DNA of 64,000 bases from Ignavibacteriota bacterium (GCA_963801355.1 CAWDEM010000004.1:1504001-1568000), one strand, 5' to 3'. Counted from the stretch's first letter, positions 8,690 through 18,992 are shown. The notes: generated by a model from the sequence alone, not told the origin. Made by a program: numbers and translations.

Positions 8690-10899
8690 AGTGCCCCGTC
8701 TCAATCGTGTTCTTCCTGTTGTGTGTGTCGCCTGCATATCTTCCCGGTCAACAGGCTGCACCCGGCTCCGTAGTCTTCGTGTCCGTGAACGGCAGCGATT
8801 CCTGGTCCGGCACTCTTCCGGAACCGAATGCGGAAAAGACCGATGGGCCGTTTGCGACGCTTGAGCGGGCCCGGAACGAAGTGAGATCCCTGCTCGCTGC
8901 CGGGAACACCCCCGCAGTCAGGATCAGGGGCGGTGTGTACATATTTACGAAGAGCCTGATCCTGGATTCACTCGATGCCGGAAGCGAGAACAGCCCGGTC
9001 ATCTGGTCAGCATTCTCCGGTGAGCAGGTGCGTTTCGTCGGAGGCAGGACCGCCGGGGAATTCCGCGCCGTCCGGGATCCTGCGGTGCTGCGACGCATCC
9101 GGAGCCGCTACCGGGATAGCATCCTGGTGGCTGACTTGAACGCGCAGGGGATATCGGACTTCGGCATCCCTCCCGGCCGGATGAACCTGTTCTTCAAGGG
9201 TAAGAGGATGACCGTTGCGCGTTATCCCGACACCGGTTGGCTCCATATCGCCGCCGTTCCGCAGGACGGAGGACCCGTGCTCAACCCGGGCGATAAGAAA
9301 GTGATAAAAAACGGATTGCCCGCAGGAAAACATTGCGGCATGTTCCGGTATGACGATGACCGCCCTTCGGGCTGGGCTGCATCAGACGATATCTGGATGC
9401 ACGGGTATTGGGTGTGGGACTGGCGGGACGCCTATCAAAAAGTCGGCCGCATCGATACCCTCTCGCGCACGATTGTTCCAGCGGAACCGCACCACCCCTA
9501 CGGATACCAGCAGGGGCAAAGATACTGTTTTCTGAATGTGCTGGAAGAACTGGATGCCCCGGGGGAGTGGGTGCTGGATTCACAGCGCGGACTTCTCTAC
9601 TTCTGGCCACCTGCCCCCATGCGTGAGGGAGATGCCATAGTGTCGATGCTCAACGAACCCATGCTTTTTCTGTCGAACACATCGCACGTGCAATTCTGCG
9701 GGGTTGTTTTTGAGGCATCGCGGGCATGCGCGGTCAAAATTCGCCGCGGATCCGACAATATGATCGCCGGTTGCACGGTGCGGAACATTGACAATGACAC
9801 GAGCCTCATCGTTGATGGAGGAAAACGGAACGGCATACGGAGCTGCAGTATCCATGATGTCGGCTCGACCGGTATACGCATTGTCGGCGGTGACCGGCTT
9901 GCCCTTGAGCCCGCCGGCAACTACGCCGTGAACAATCATATCCATCGTTACGGCTGCATCGTCCACGCATTCAATGGAGGGGTGTTCCTGCAAGGAGTGG
10001 GTAATGTCGTGTCCCATAACCGGATTCACAACGCGCCGTTCTCCGGCATCCAGTACTACGGCAACGATCACCTCATCGAATACAACGAGCTCTTCGATCT
10101 CGCCCATGAGTCCGGAGATGTCGGGGGGATCAACACCGGCGCCGATTATTCCGACATGGGGACAGTGATCCGTTACAACTACATACATGATTCGCACGGG
10201 TACGGGGAAGGCGGGTTCAGAGGGATCTATCTGGACCTCCCCGGCTCCAACACGACGATTTTCGGCAACATCCTGATGAATGTCGACATCGGGGTCTTCT
10301 TCAACAGCGGCCGGGACAATATCGTCCGGAACAACATCTTTGTGAATTGTCATCCATCCGTCAATATTTATGTCTGGCCCCATACATCCTATTTCCGACC
10401 GGGGGGTGCGTGGAACATCGTGGAGAAACTCCATGCCATCCGTTACACCGAACCACCGTATAGCACCCGGTACCCGATGCTTGCCGGCTATCTCGATTCG
10501 ACGAATCTCGGCATGCCGTACGGGCATTCCGTCACGAACAACCTGAGCATCGGGGGAACCTGGCTTGATCTATCCGAGGGCATGGACTTCACGCACGTCC
10601 GCGTGGAGAACAATGTCGTCGGTGATACGATGCTTCTCGTGATGACGCGCAAGTGGTTTCCGGAGTATGATCCTTACCACATCGGGTACGCGGCCATGTA
10701 CTCTCAAAAGGATGCTGCAATGGCGGCAGAATTGACGAAGCGTGGAAACATCCTTGGTGACCCGGGTTTTGTGGATGCGTCCCGTGGGAACTTCGGTCTT
10801 CGGGAGGATTCGCCGGCATGGCGGGTCGGCTTCGAGAGGATCCCGTTTGAGCGCATTGGCCTGAGTAAAGACGAATTCCGCACATCCTTGAATGAGTAG
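8686..10899 (+). CDS. Secreted right-handed parallel beta-helix protein (GH141-like)
   Basis: Signal peptide; FVSVNGSDSWSG, DGPFATLERAR, ARYP, EELDAPGEW, repeated N-x-I-H/N coils, GIYLD. Confidence 0.85.
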   Translation: MKCPVSIVFFLLCVSPAYLPGQQAAPGSVVFVSVNGSDSWSGTLPEPNAEKTDGPFATLERARNEVRSLLAAGNTPAVRIRGGVYIFTKSLILDSLDAGSENSPVIWSAFSGEQVRFVGGRTAGEFRAVRDPAVLRRIRSRYRDSILVADLNAQGISDFGIPPGRMNLFFKGKRMTVARYPDTGWLHIAAVPQDGGPVLNPGDKKVIKNGLPAGKHCGMFRYDDDRPSGWAASDDIWMHGYWVWDWRDAYQKVGRIDTLSRTIVPAEPHHPYGYQQGQRYCFLNVLEELDAPGEWVLDSQRGLLYFWPPAPMREGDAIVSMLNEPMLFLSNTSHVQFCGVVFEASRACAVKIRRGSDNMIAGCTVRNIDNDTSLIVDGGKRNGIRSCSIHDVGSTGIRIVGGDRLALEPAGNYAVNNHIHRYGCIVHAFNGGVFLQGVGNVVSHNRIHNAPFSGIQYYGNDHLIEYNELFDLAHESGDVGGINTGADYSDMGTVIRYNYIHDSHGYGEGGFRGIYLDLPGSNTTIFGNILMNVDIGVFFNSGRDNIVRNNIFVNCHPSVNIYVWPHTSYFRPGGAWNIVEKLHAIRYTEPPYSTRYPMLAGYLDSTNLGMPYGHSVTNNLSIGGTWLDLSEGMDFTHVRVENNVVGDTMLLVMTRKWFPEYDPYHIGYAAMYSQKDAAMAAELTKRGNILGDPGFVDASRGNFGLREDSPAWRVGFERIPFERIGLSKDEFRTSLNE

Positions 10900-12742
10900 A
10901 ACCTTGAGACTGGCCGGCAAAGACTCCCTCACGATCCGGCCGACGGCGGAGAGCCTGGTCCAGAACACTGATGCTCATGCTCGTCCGCCCTGCTTCGTGA
11001 TTGCGTGCGGCCCCCGGGTGCGGACAATGGAAATCGATGTCGAGCTCGGCACGGATCCTGCAATATTCTCAATGGGTGCAGGTTCCCGGGACGCCTCCGA
11101 GTTCTATTTCAGCAGCCGTGAGGGGTCGCCCGATGTTGTGCCTCCCGACAGCCTTGCATGCGGGGAAGGCCGGGAAGACTTTGTGTACCAGGTGCCGGCA
11201 CGCATATGGGAGAAGTGCGCGGCATACGCGCGGGTATTTTACCGCGCAATCGGGAGGAATTCTGCGGGGAAGGTTGTCTCTTCGGCGGAGGTGTCTTCCA
11301 AAAACGGACTACCGTTTCTGCATGGCACCCCTTCAGGCATTTTTTATTCCCCCTCCCGCGCACTTCCGGATCTCCCGAGGCTCGAAGTTGTTGGCAATAC
11401 GATCCTCCGGGAGGGAACTCCGCACCCCTGCATATTGCGTGGTGTCAATGTCTCCGGCTTGAACCATGCGCGCTACTTTCACGCCGAGATCAGATCCGAC
11501 CGGGATGAAAGCATGGAGGCGCGCCGTGCGCGCCGGTGGTACGAAGCCGCCCAGATCACGCCGGCACTCTTCGATCGTCTGAAGCAGATGCATGTCAACC
11601 TTGTCCGCCTGCCGCTCAATCAGGACTGGACGCTGTTGGGGTACCACGAGCCGGAGCTCCCCGAGTTTGCACAGCCCCGGTTGGAAGATGCTCTCCGCTA
11701 TCTCGAAGACATCGATCAGGTCATCGTCTGGGCTGCGGAGCGCGGCATCTACGTCATGCTGGCCCTGCATACCCTCCGTCTCTTCATGCCCGCGGCAGAC
11801 CGGGGAAAAAATGAGCGTGAGCAGGAGCCTGACTCATTCCACAGGCGCTTGCATATCGAATCAAGGAAGCAGCCATACAACGGGCATATTCCTGACCATC
11901 ACAGCTGGCTGTTCTGGTCGGTGCTGGCACAACGGTACCGGGGGTGCACAGCAGTGATGTTCGATCTCTGCAACGAGCCACATGAGGTGGTGCCGTGGGA
12001 CAAAGAGCGGACTGAGTACTGCGGAGTGCTCCCGTCTTTTCCGGCAGTGCGGTCCACTGCGGGAAGGACAGCATATCACTCATGGTGGGTCTCCGAATGG
12101 ACGAGGTGGGCGGAAGGGCTCGAAGAAGTTGTGCACAGGATCAACAGACATGCTCTGGTGTTCATCTCCGGGTTCGGCGGGCCATGCTGGAGCGCCTCGC
12201 TTGAAAATCTTCGATTCCGTTCGTACGAACAAAATCCGAACATTGTGTTTGGTGTGCACTGGTACTGGTATCCTGCGCTCGGGCCTGAAACATGGCGGCG
12301 GTACATTGGGATGGAGGCGGGCAAGGGAAAGAACAACGCGGCCGTGCCTCTGGCGCAGCGGCATCCTGTATTCGTAAAAGAATGGGGCGTTGAGACCCCG
12401 GAAGCGATCACACAGGAATCTCCTGAAGATCCCTTGAGCGAGACCTACCGGCTGCAATGGGGCAACCGACCTGTGCCTCCGTATCCGATCCTCATCGACT
12501 GGGCGGAAAAACTGACGGCCTTTTTTGCTGAGTGCTCGGATCGCATAGAAGCGGTGGGCCATTCCGGACTTGCAGGGTTCGCCGCCTGGAGCACGGGCGA
12601 CAAGCCGCGCCTCTTCAGGAGAGAGAGAGTCTATGCCGGACCCTTCGAGGAAGGCTTCCCCGCGACCGACTATGGACGAATAGTGGAGAGGGCGCTGGAG
12701 GACAACGTCCCGGCGGAGCCTCCCGCCCCCCTCCCCGTTTAG
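10892..12742 (+). CDS. Glycoside hydrolase family 5 with N-terminal extension
   Basis: LRGVNVSG, NLVRLPL, GIYVMLALH, FDLCNEPH (acid/base), HWY, PVFVKEWG (nucleophile). Confidence 0.8.
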   Translation: MSRTLRLAGKDSLTIRPTAESLVQNTDAHARPPCFVIACGPRVRTMEIDVELGTDPAIFSMGAGSRDASEFYFSSREGSPDVVPPDSLACGEGREDFVYQVPARIWEKCAAYARVFYRAIGRNSAGKVVSSAEVSSKNGLPFLHGTPSGIFYSPSRALPDLPRLEVVGNTILREGTPHPCILRGVNVSGLNHARYFHAEIRSDRDESMEARRARRWYEAAQITPALFDRLKQMHVNLVRLPLNQDWTLLGYHEPELPEFAQPRLEDALRYLEDIDQVIVWAAERGIYVMLALHTLRLFMPAADRGKNEREQEPDSFHRRLHIESRKQPYNGHIPDHHSWLFWSVLAQRYRGCTAVMFDLCNEPHEVVPWDKERTEYCGVLPSFPAVRSTAGRTAYHSWWVSEWTRWAEGLEEVVHRINRHALVFISGFGGPCWSASLENLRFRSYEQNPNIVFGVHWYWYPALGPETWRRYIGMEAGKGKNNAAVPLAQRHPVFVKEWGVETPEAITQESPEDPLSETYRLQWGNRPVPPYPILIDWAEKLTAFFAECSDRIEAVGHSGLAGFAAWSTGDKPRLFRRERVYAGPFEEGFPATDYGRIVERALEDNVPAEPPAPLPV

Positions 12743-12841
12743 TCCGCGTATTTCACAGAACATCCGTACGATGTGCTGGCGAGTTGCTATTCTCTGGCCC
12801 GGCCCCTACATTCTGTGAAGTTCAAACAGGAGGGCAGACCG

Positions 12842-13996
12842 ATGCAACGTCGAGATCTCTTGATTGCCGGAGCGGCTGCGTTCACGGGTTTGGCCGCGGC
12901 GGCCGGGCAGAGACCCACGCTAAACGGCGGGCGCAGAGCGACACGCGGGATCCCGATCGTGCATATCACAGACCTGTACCATCCTCCGCAGGATCCTGAC
13001 GATCACATAGATCTCGCGACACTGGTGGCCCTCGAGGAGTTCGATCTCCGGGGAGTGATTCTTGATGTTACACGGAAATTTCTGATGTCGTCCCCGGAGG
13101 GTTTTGACATCCGTCGGGATCCCGGGTTTGTGCCTGTCGTGCAACTCTGCTATCTCCTTGGCCGGGCGATTCCTGTGGCCGCCGGTCCCACGCAACCGTT
13201 GGCCCATCCGGGGGATACCGTGACAGACAGGCCCCGTGCGGAACAATCGGGCGTGCAACTCCTCCTTGACATCCTCGAGGAGTCTCGCGACAAGATTGTT
13301 GTGTCAGTCGTCGGCTCCACACGCGTGCTTGCGGCGGCGTACAATCGCAATCCCGAACTGGTTCGTGCACGAATCCGGTCCGTCCTGCTCAATGCGGGTT
13401 CGACAGGGGGGGCGAAGCAGGAATGGAATGTGGGACTCGATCCCGAGGCATTCGTGGGAGTATGGCGGTCCGGACTTCCCATTCACTGGTATCCTTGTGC
13501 GACCGAGGGGGGGGCGTTCAATGCAGACCATGAGCGGGGGACTTACTGGAAGACTGACCATGCGGCAATCTTCCGCGACCTCTCTCCTTCGCTCCGGGCC
13601 TGGTTCGCCTACGCGATCGGCGGCGACACTCGAGGGGATATCATAGGGGCCCTGGCAAATGAAGTCACACCCGCTTCATGGGACCATATTCTTGACGCGC
13701 ACCGGAATATGTGGGCCACTGCATCACTCGTCATGGCAGCCGGGCGTGTCCTCACGCAGACCCCGCAAGGATGGCGGTTCGTCCCCCGGAAGTCAGTGGG
13801 CTCAGAGCGGATCTGGACCTGGCGGCTTGACCCCATCGTCGCCGGCGTCAATGAGTCGGCGGAAGTGCAATGGCGTGGTGTGAAGAAAGAGGGCAACGCG
13901 CTCCTGTTTTGGCGTGAGAGGGGATCGGAGTACGCTGCCGCGATGGCTGAAGCACTCTGTGCACTTCTGGGTACGGTCTCGCCTGCAGGTGCATGA
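12842..13996 (+). CDS. Tat-exported nucleoside-hydrolase-like protein
   Basis: MQRRDLL twin-arginine signal; TDLYHPPQDPDDHID Asp-rich motif; EWNVGLDP; GGAGG RBS. Confidence 0.7.
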   Translation: MQRRDLLIAGAAAFTGLAAAAGQRPTLNGGRRATRGIPIVHITDLYHPPQDPDDHIDLATLVALEEFDLRGVILDVTRKFLMSSPEGFDIRRDPGFVPVVQLCYLLGRAIPVAAGPTQPLAHPGDTVTDRPRAEQSGVQLLLDILEESRDKIVVSVVGSTRVLAAAYNRNPELVRARIRSVLLNAGSTGGAKQEWNVGLDPEAFVGVWRSGLPIHWYPCATEGGAFNADHERGTYWKTDHAAIFRDLSPSLRAWFAYAIGGDTRGDIIGALANEVTPASWDHILDAHRNMWATASLVMAAGRVLTQTPQGWRFVPRKSVGSERIWTWRLDPIVAGVNESAEVQWRGVKKEGNALLFWRERGSEYAAAMAEALCALLGTVSPAGA

Positions 13997-14377
13997 TACT
14001 GATTCTCACGCGTGAGGCACTGTACGTTCATTGTGTGGGAAAGGCTCTCGTTGTAGGTGGGGCTACCGGGCAGTGCACTTATTGTGTGCGCAGACGGCGC
14101 CGTCGTGTCATGCGGGCTCCGTAAATTTTGGCCTCTCATGCGCAAGTCCTGGCGTGTGGGCGGCTGCTGCGACAAACCTATGTCGGGTCATCGGAGATGG
14201 AGCCGTTCATCGTGCGCATGTGGCTGATATCGTACACTCGCACGGTTGAGCGGGGATGACGCTGCAATTGCTTTTGCCTGAGAAAGCCGCGGGACGTCCC
14301 CCGCAGGAATGACGCGCTCGATGATTCTGCTCCCGCCTGTTGACACTTTCCTGCCCGTTGACTCTGCTCCTGCCTGC

Positions 14378-14406
14378 TTGACTATTCATCCGTGTGATGG
14401 TATATT
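14378..14406 (+). promoter_or_regulatory. Sigma70-type promoter
   Basis: TTGACT-N17-TATATT with TG immediately upstream of the -10 region. Confidence 0.6.
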
Positions 14407-14627
14407 TGTATGCTCAGGGGAAGGCTCACTTGCTGTAGCCATCGCACTTGCTATGGATAGCGCTGCGATGCTCTTCGAACCCGGAGAGCAGAGTGATGCA
14501 TATTCGATGCGCTGTTTGCGTGGCTCTTCCCGAAGGCAGGACTACCCACAGAATGAGCGCGCGTACACAGGATCGCATGCAATTGTTGTTTGGAAGGGTT
14601 AATAATCACTGATGGGAGGATATGCGA

Positions 14628-16547
14628 ATGTTGGGATCCAGGTGCTTTCGATGGGGTGGATTTGTATCTGTCGCTCTGCTCATGGTCGCGTTCATGGGCA
14701 ACATGGCGACCGGACAGCCGTTCTTCCGGCATCCACAGCCGGGTGACATTTACAAAGAGTACAAGCGATCGATGATTCCGTACTACGAGTGGCGGGTGAC
14801 AGATCCCAATGCATCATACAACAAACCCCCGTGGCTGGAAGAGTACAGGACAAATACCGTCCTCTACATCAACATCGGCGATCTTGAAGGCGCGATTCGT
14901 GCCGAGGCCGTAATCGATCTCTGGCAGGGCCACTCCGGCACCACCGGGAAGAAAATGAAGGTCAACAACAACGACTGGATCAATATTCCCGAACTGTATA
15001 CAACCCCGGGTCCGGGCCAGTGCTATTTCAGCCAGCCCAACGTTGTTGTGGATGTGCCGCTCAGCAATCTTTTCGTGGGCACGAACGCCTTCGAAGGAAG
15101 GAACGAAGGCCAGACCTGTTACGATTTCGGTTGGGGGCAGCATGGATGGAACGGCATCATCTTCCGTATTTACTACGCGTCCTGGAAAGAGCATCCCACC
15201 GGTTCCATTACTTCGCCTTCGTCAGGCAGCAGCTTCGGTGACAATCCCACAGTGTCAGCCACGGCAAGCGGCGGGGCGGGCATTCAGCGTGTCGACTTCA
15301 TTGCGTACTATGACGGTCTGGACACGGATGGCGATGGCGTGTGGGAGGACTGGCACTACTACTATCATCGCTCGAAATCTGCAAGTGATTTTGACATCAA
15401 AGGACACGTCGGGACAGCCTGGGGATCACCGTACTCGGTGACCTGGAACACCGACTGGGTTCCCGACCAGGCCTCCGGTTCAGTCAAGATGATTGCGCGC
15501 ATACAGGATTACAATGGAGTCTGGTTTGTCACTGACCCAGTGGATAACCTGACGCTGACACGGAGCGGGACGTCGGTGAAGCTGTACAAACCCTATGACG
15601 TTCCGGAGGATTTTGACGTTCGCGCGGATGATGTCAAACACTGCCACTTCGATATCCCCTATGGGACCGATCTCTCGAAGGCAACCGGTGCAAAGCTCGT
15701 GATTTCCTCATGGAACAGCGTCAGCGGAGGGATACGGTTTGACCTGGGGCAAGACTACAACTATTCCGTGAATTCCTGGCATGCTCCTGTGTTTGGCGAG
15801 GATCATTTCTGGTCGCTGGATTTTCTGGACATACCCTGGTATGAGCTCCGTGAGGGACAAAACACATATGACATGTGGTCATCGTCCTTGAGCACCGAAA
15901 TCACCACACACTGGCCGGGACCGATGGTTATTGTACGCTACGGCGGCGTGCCTGTGCCTGTGCAGATTTCCTCATTCACGGCGACATCAATCGGGGCGGA
16001 TGGTGTACGTTTGAATTGGAAAACACTGAGCGAGACGAACAACTACGGGTTTGAGGTGCAGAGATCGGCATCGGAATCGGGTTCCTATGTAACCCTTGCC
16101 AACGGGTTCGTCAAGGGCGCCGGTACCACAATCATCCCGCAGGAGTACTCGTTCACTGATGCCAGCGCCTCGGGAGGGATCTTCTACTACAGGCTGAAGC
16201 AGATCGATCTCGACGGGACGCAACATCTGACCGATCCCGTGCGAGTCGACGTGACGACGGGTGCGGTCGAAGGGACGGTGCCCCTGCAGACGATGCTGGC
16301 GCAGAACTACCCGAACCCCTTCAATCCGACCACCGTGATCCGCTACGGCGTGGCGCAGCGGACCCATGTGACCTTGACGGTCTACAATACCCTCGGTGAG
16401 ATTGTCTCGACACTGGTGGATGCGGAAAGGCCCACGGGTTACTACGATGTGCAATTCAACGCGCGCGGTCTTGCGTCGGGCGTGTACCTGTACCGTCTCG
16501 TTGCGGGCGACTTCACGCAGATCAACAAGCTGGTTCTTGTGCGTTAA
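14628..16547 (+). CDS. T9SS-sorted secreted protein, paralog 1 (beta-rich domains, Ig-like, C-terminal sorting domain)
   Basis: Signal peptide; VPVQISSFTA...LNWKTLSETNNYGFEVQR Ig-like module; QNYPNPFNPTT CTD. Confidence 0.85.
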   Translation: MLGSRCFRWGGFVSVALLMVAFMGNMATGQPFFRHPQPGDIYKEYKRSMIPYYEWRVTDPNASYNKPPWLEEYRTNTVLYINIGDLEGAIRAEAVIDLWQGHSGTTGKKMKVNNNDWINIPELYTTPGPGQCYFSQPNVVVDVPLSNLFVGTNAFEGRNEGQTCYDFGWGQHGWNGIIFRIYYASWKEHPTGSITSPSSGSSFGDNPTVSATASGGAGIQRVDFIAYYDGLDTDGDGVWEDWHYYYHRSKSASDFDIKGHVGTAWGSPYSVTWNTDWVPDQASGSVKMIARIQDYNGVWFVTDPVDNLTLTRSGTSVKLYKPYDVPEDFDVRADDVKHCHFDIPYGTDLSKATGAKLVISSWNSVSGGIRFDLGQDYNYSVNSWHAPVFGEDHFWSLDFLDIPWYELREGQNTYDMWSSSLSTEITTHWPGPMVIVRYGGVPVPVQISSFTATSIGADGVRLNWKTLSETNNYGFEVQRSASESGSYVTLANGFVKGAGTTIIPQEYSFTDASASGGIFYYRLKQIDLDGTQHLTDPVRVDVTTGAVEGTVPLQTMLAQNYPNPFNPTTVIRYGVAQRTHVTLTVYNTLGEIVSTLVDAERPTGYYDVQFNARGLASGVYLYRLVAGDFTQINKLVLVR

Positions 16548-16570
16548 GAACTCCTCTATTGTGCACTGGA

Positions 16571-16605
16571 AAGCCCCTGCCTGGGACACGGGCAGGGGCT
16601 TTTTC
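16571..16605 (+). terminator. Rho-independent terminator
   Basis: AAGCCCCTGCC-loop-GGCAGGGGCTTTTT. Confidence 0.85.
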
Positions 16606-16634
16606 ATCAGATGTCTCTGAACGAAGGGGCGAGT

Positions 16635-18545
16635 ATGGTGCATTTCCGGTTACGTCGTTTTGGGAAAGCGGCCCTTGCCGCTCTGCTCCCCGTTGTACTG
16701 GCAGGGGCGATGGCCAACGGACAGGTACACTTCCGGCATCCGCAGCCGGGGGATATCTACAAAGAATACTCCCGCGCGATGATTGCGTACTCCGACTGGC
16801 GAGTGACGGATCCTCACGCCACAAACATCTGGATCCCGGATCCATCGTATCTCGTCAATGCCGTAATCCCTATCGAAATCGACGATCTCAGTGGCGCCAT
16901 ACGTGCTGAGGCGGTGATAGACCTCTGGCAGGGCCACACCGGCACCACCGGGAAGAAAATGAAGCTAAATGGCCATAGTTGGATCAGCATCCCCGAGCTG
17001 ACCACGACAGGAGGAGCGGGACAGTGCTGGCTGAGCCAGTCCAACGTCGTCGTGGATATCCCGCTGGACAATCTCGTCACAGGGACGAACTACTTCGAAG
17101 GAACAAACGAAGGACAGAGCTGTTACTCATTCGACTGGGGACAGCATGGGTGGTTCGGCATCATTTTCCGTATCTACTACAGCTCCGACAAGCCGCATCC
17201 GACCGGCGCAATCACGTCGCACGGATCAGGCGACATCTTTGGTGATCATCCCACTGTCTCCGCCTCTGCAAGCGGCGCAGCAGGCATCCGGCGGGTTGAC
17301 TTCCTGGCGTACTATGACGGCCTGGACACGGACGGAGATGGATTGTATCAGGACTGGCACTACTACTATCACCGGCTGCATGATGAGTCTGATGTGAACA
17401 TTGCGGGACACGTGGGCACCGCCTGGAACGCACCATACGAAGCGACCTGGAATACCGACTGGGTTCCAGATCAGGCCTCCGGTTCAGTGAAGTTGATTGC
17501 CAGGATTCAGGATAACGACGGGGTGTGGTTTGTTACTGACGCGGTACAAGGCCTGACATTGTCGCGGACTGGAATGTCCGTGAAGCTGTACAAACCCTAT
17601 GACGTTCCCGAGTTCTTCTACGTCCGGGCCGACCGTTCCGAACAGTGTCATTTCGATATCCCATCGGGGACCGATCTGTCGTTGGCTACTGATGCCAGAG
17701 TCGTCCTCTCCACATGGAACGGCATCTGCGGCGGGAAAGAACCAGGTGACAGTTACTACTTCCGCGTGAATGATTGGTATGCCCCTGAATTTGGTGAAAG
17801 TCATTTCTATTCACTGGACTATCTTGCGATCAATCCTTCGGAGCTGCATGAGGGTACGAACCTGTTCCAGGTCTACTCACAGTCGATGGGCACCGCGCTC
17901 TATATCCACTATCCCGCGGTGCAAGTTGTCGTGCGTTTCAACGGCGTGCCGGTGCCTGTGCAGATATCCTCCTTCACGGCGACAGCGGTCGGTGCCGGGG
18001 GGGTACGCCTGAATTGGGCGACACTGAGCGAGACGAACAATTACGGGTTTGAAGTGCAGAAGTCAGACTCACGCACCGGATCGTATGCCACGCTTGCCAA
18101 CAGCTTTGTCGAGGGGCACGGAACGACGATTGTTCCGCAAAACTATTCCTTCACTGACGTGCATGCGGCAGCCGGAATATGGTACTACAGACTGAAGCAG
18201 ATGGACCTCGACCAGTCGGCGCACTTCTCCGATCCCGTGCGGGTTGACCTGACCACGGGTGTTGCGCAGGGTGCGGTGCCGATGACCACGGTGCTCGCGC
18301 AGAACTACCCGAATCCTTTCAATCCGAGCACGGTGATCCGCTATGATGTCGCGGAGAAAACCCGTGTGACGCTGACGGTCTACAACACGCTTGGCGAGAT
18401 TGTCGCGACGCTGGTGGACGGCGAGAAGTCACCGGGGTATTACGATGTCAAGTTCAACGCAGCCGGTCTTGCCGCGGGCGTCTACTTCTGCCGGATGGTT
18501 GCGGGCGACTATGCCCGGACGAACAAGCTGGTTTTGTTGCGGTAG
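16635..18545 (+). CDS. T9SS-sorted secreted protein, paralog 2
   Basis: Colinear with paralog 1 (FRHPQPGDIYKEY, GAIRAEAVIDLWQGH, YYDGLDTDGDG, WNTDWVPDQASGSVK); CTD present. Confidence 0.85.
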   Translation: MVHFRLRRFGKAALAALLPVVLAGAMANGQVHFRHPQPGDIYKEYSRAMIAYSDWRVTDPHATNIWIPDPSYLVNAVIPIEIDDLSGAIRAEAVIDLWQGHTGTTGKKMKLNGHSWISIPELTTTGGAGQCWLSQSNVVVDIPLDNLVTGTNYFEGTNEGQSCYSFDWGQHGWFGIIFRIYYSSDKPHPTGAITSHGSGDIFGDHPTVSASASGAAGIRRVDFLAYYDGLDTDGDGLYQDWHYYYHRLHDESDVNIAGHVGTAWNAPYEATWNTDWVPDQASGSVKLIARIQDNDGVWFVTDAVQGLTLSRTGMSVKLYKPYDVPEFFYVRADRSEQCHFDIPSGTDLSLATDARVVLSTWNGICGGKEPGDSYYFRVNDWYAPEFGESHFYSLDYLAINPSELHEGTNLFQVYSQSMGTALYIHYPAVQVVVRFNGVPVPVQISSFTATAVGAGGVRLNWATLSETNNYGFEVQKSDSRTGSYATLANSFVEGHGTTIVPQNYSFTDVHAAAGIWYYRLKQMDLDQSAHFSDPVRVDLTTGVAQGAVPMTTVLAQNYPNPFNPSTVIRYDVAEKTRVTLTVYNTLGEIVATLVDGEKSPGYYDVKFNAAGLAAGVYFCRMVAGDYARTNKLVLLR

Positions 18546-18570
18546 CTGGTCACCCGAAGGCGGAGAAATG

Positions 18571-18607
18571 AAGCCCCTGCCTGGATCTCAAGCAGGGGCT
18601 TTTTTTT
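18571..18607 (+). terminator. Rho-independent terminator
   Basis: AAGCCCCTGC...GCAGGGGC followed by a long T run; near copy of the terminator at 16571. Confidence 0.85.
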
Positions 18608-18670
18608 GACGGAGCCACCGTAGAGGGGAGTCGACCTGGCATCCAGAAGAATTGCAGCGAGACAGGAATG

Positions 18671-18992
18671 TCAATATCTTCCTCGCCAGCCGAACTGCTT
18701 CATGTTTATCGCGTTCGCGGACGAACAGGATCCCTTCTTTCTCCAGCAATCGCCGCTGCTCTGCCCCGCTTTTGCCAGGCAGCGATATCCGGCCGCGGGC
18801 GTTGATGACCCGGTGCCACGGAATATCGATGCCATCCGGCAGCTTGTGGAGAGCATATCCTGCAATCCGTGGTTGAGTGGGAAACCCGCTCAACCGTGCG
18901 ATTGTTCCATAAGATGCGACCCTTCCCCTGGGAATCCGGGAGACAGTACGCCAGATACGGGGATAAGCGTCGAGAGATGCGCTGCGCTTCAT
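18671..18992 (-). CDS. Alkyltransferase-like (ATL/YbaZ, MGMT family) protein with an apparent +1 frameshift near 18710
   Basis: IPRGRVASYG, PWHRVIN (Trp in place of the catalytic Cys), QRRLLEKEGI; the expected C-terminus INMKQFGW is in the next frame and ends at 18671. Confidence 0.85.

Noticed and set aside
14031-14602. Short ORFs in the 13997-14627 gap
   Set aside because: No motifs; they overlap the predicted promoter and leader.
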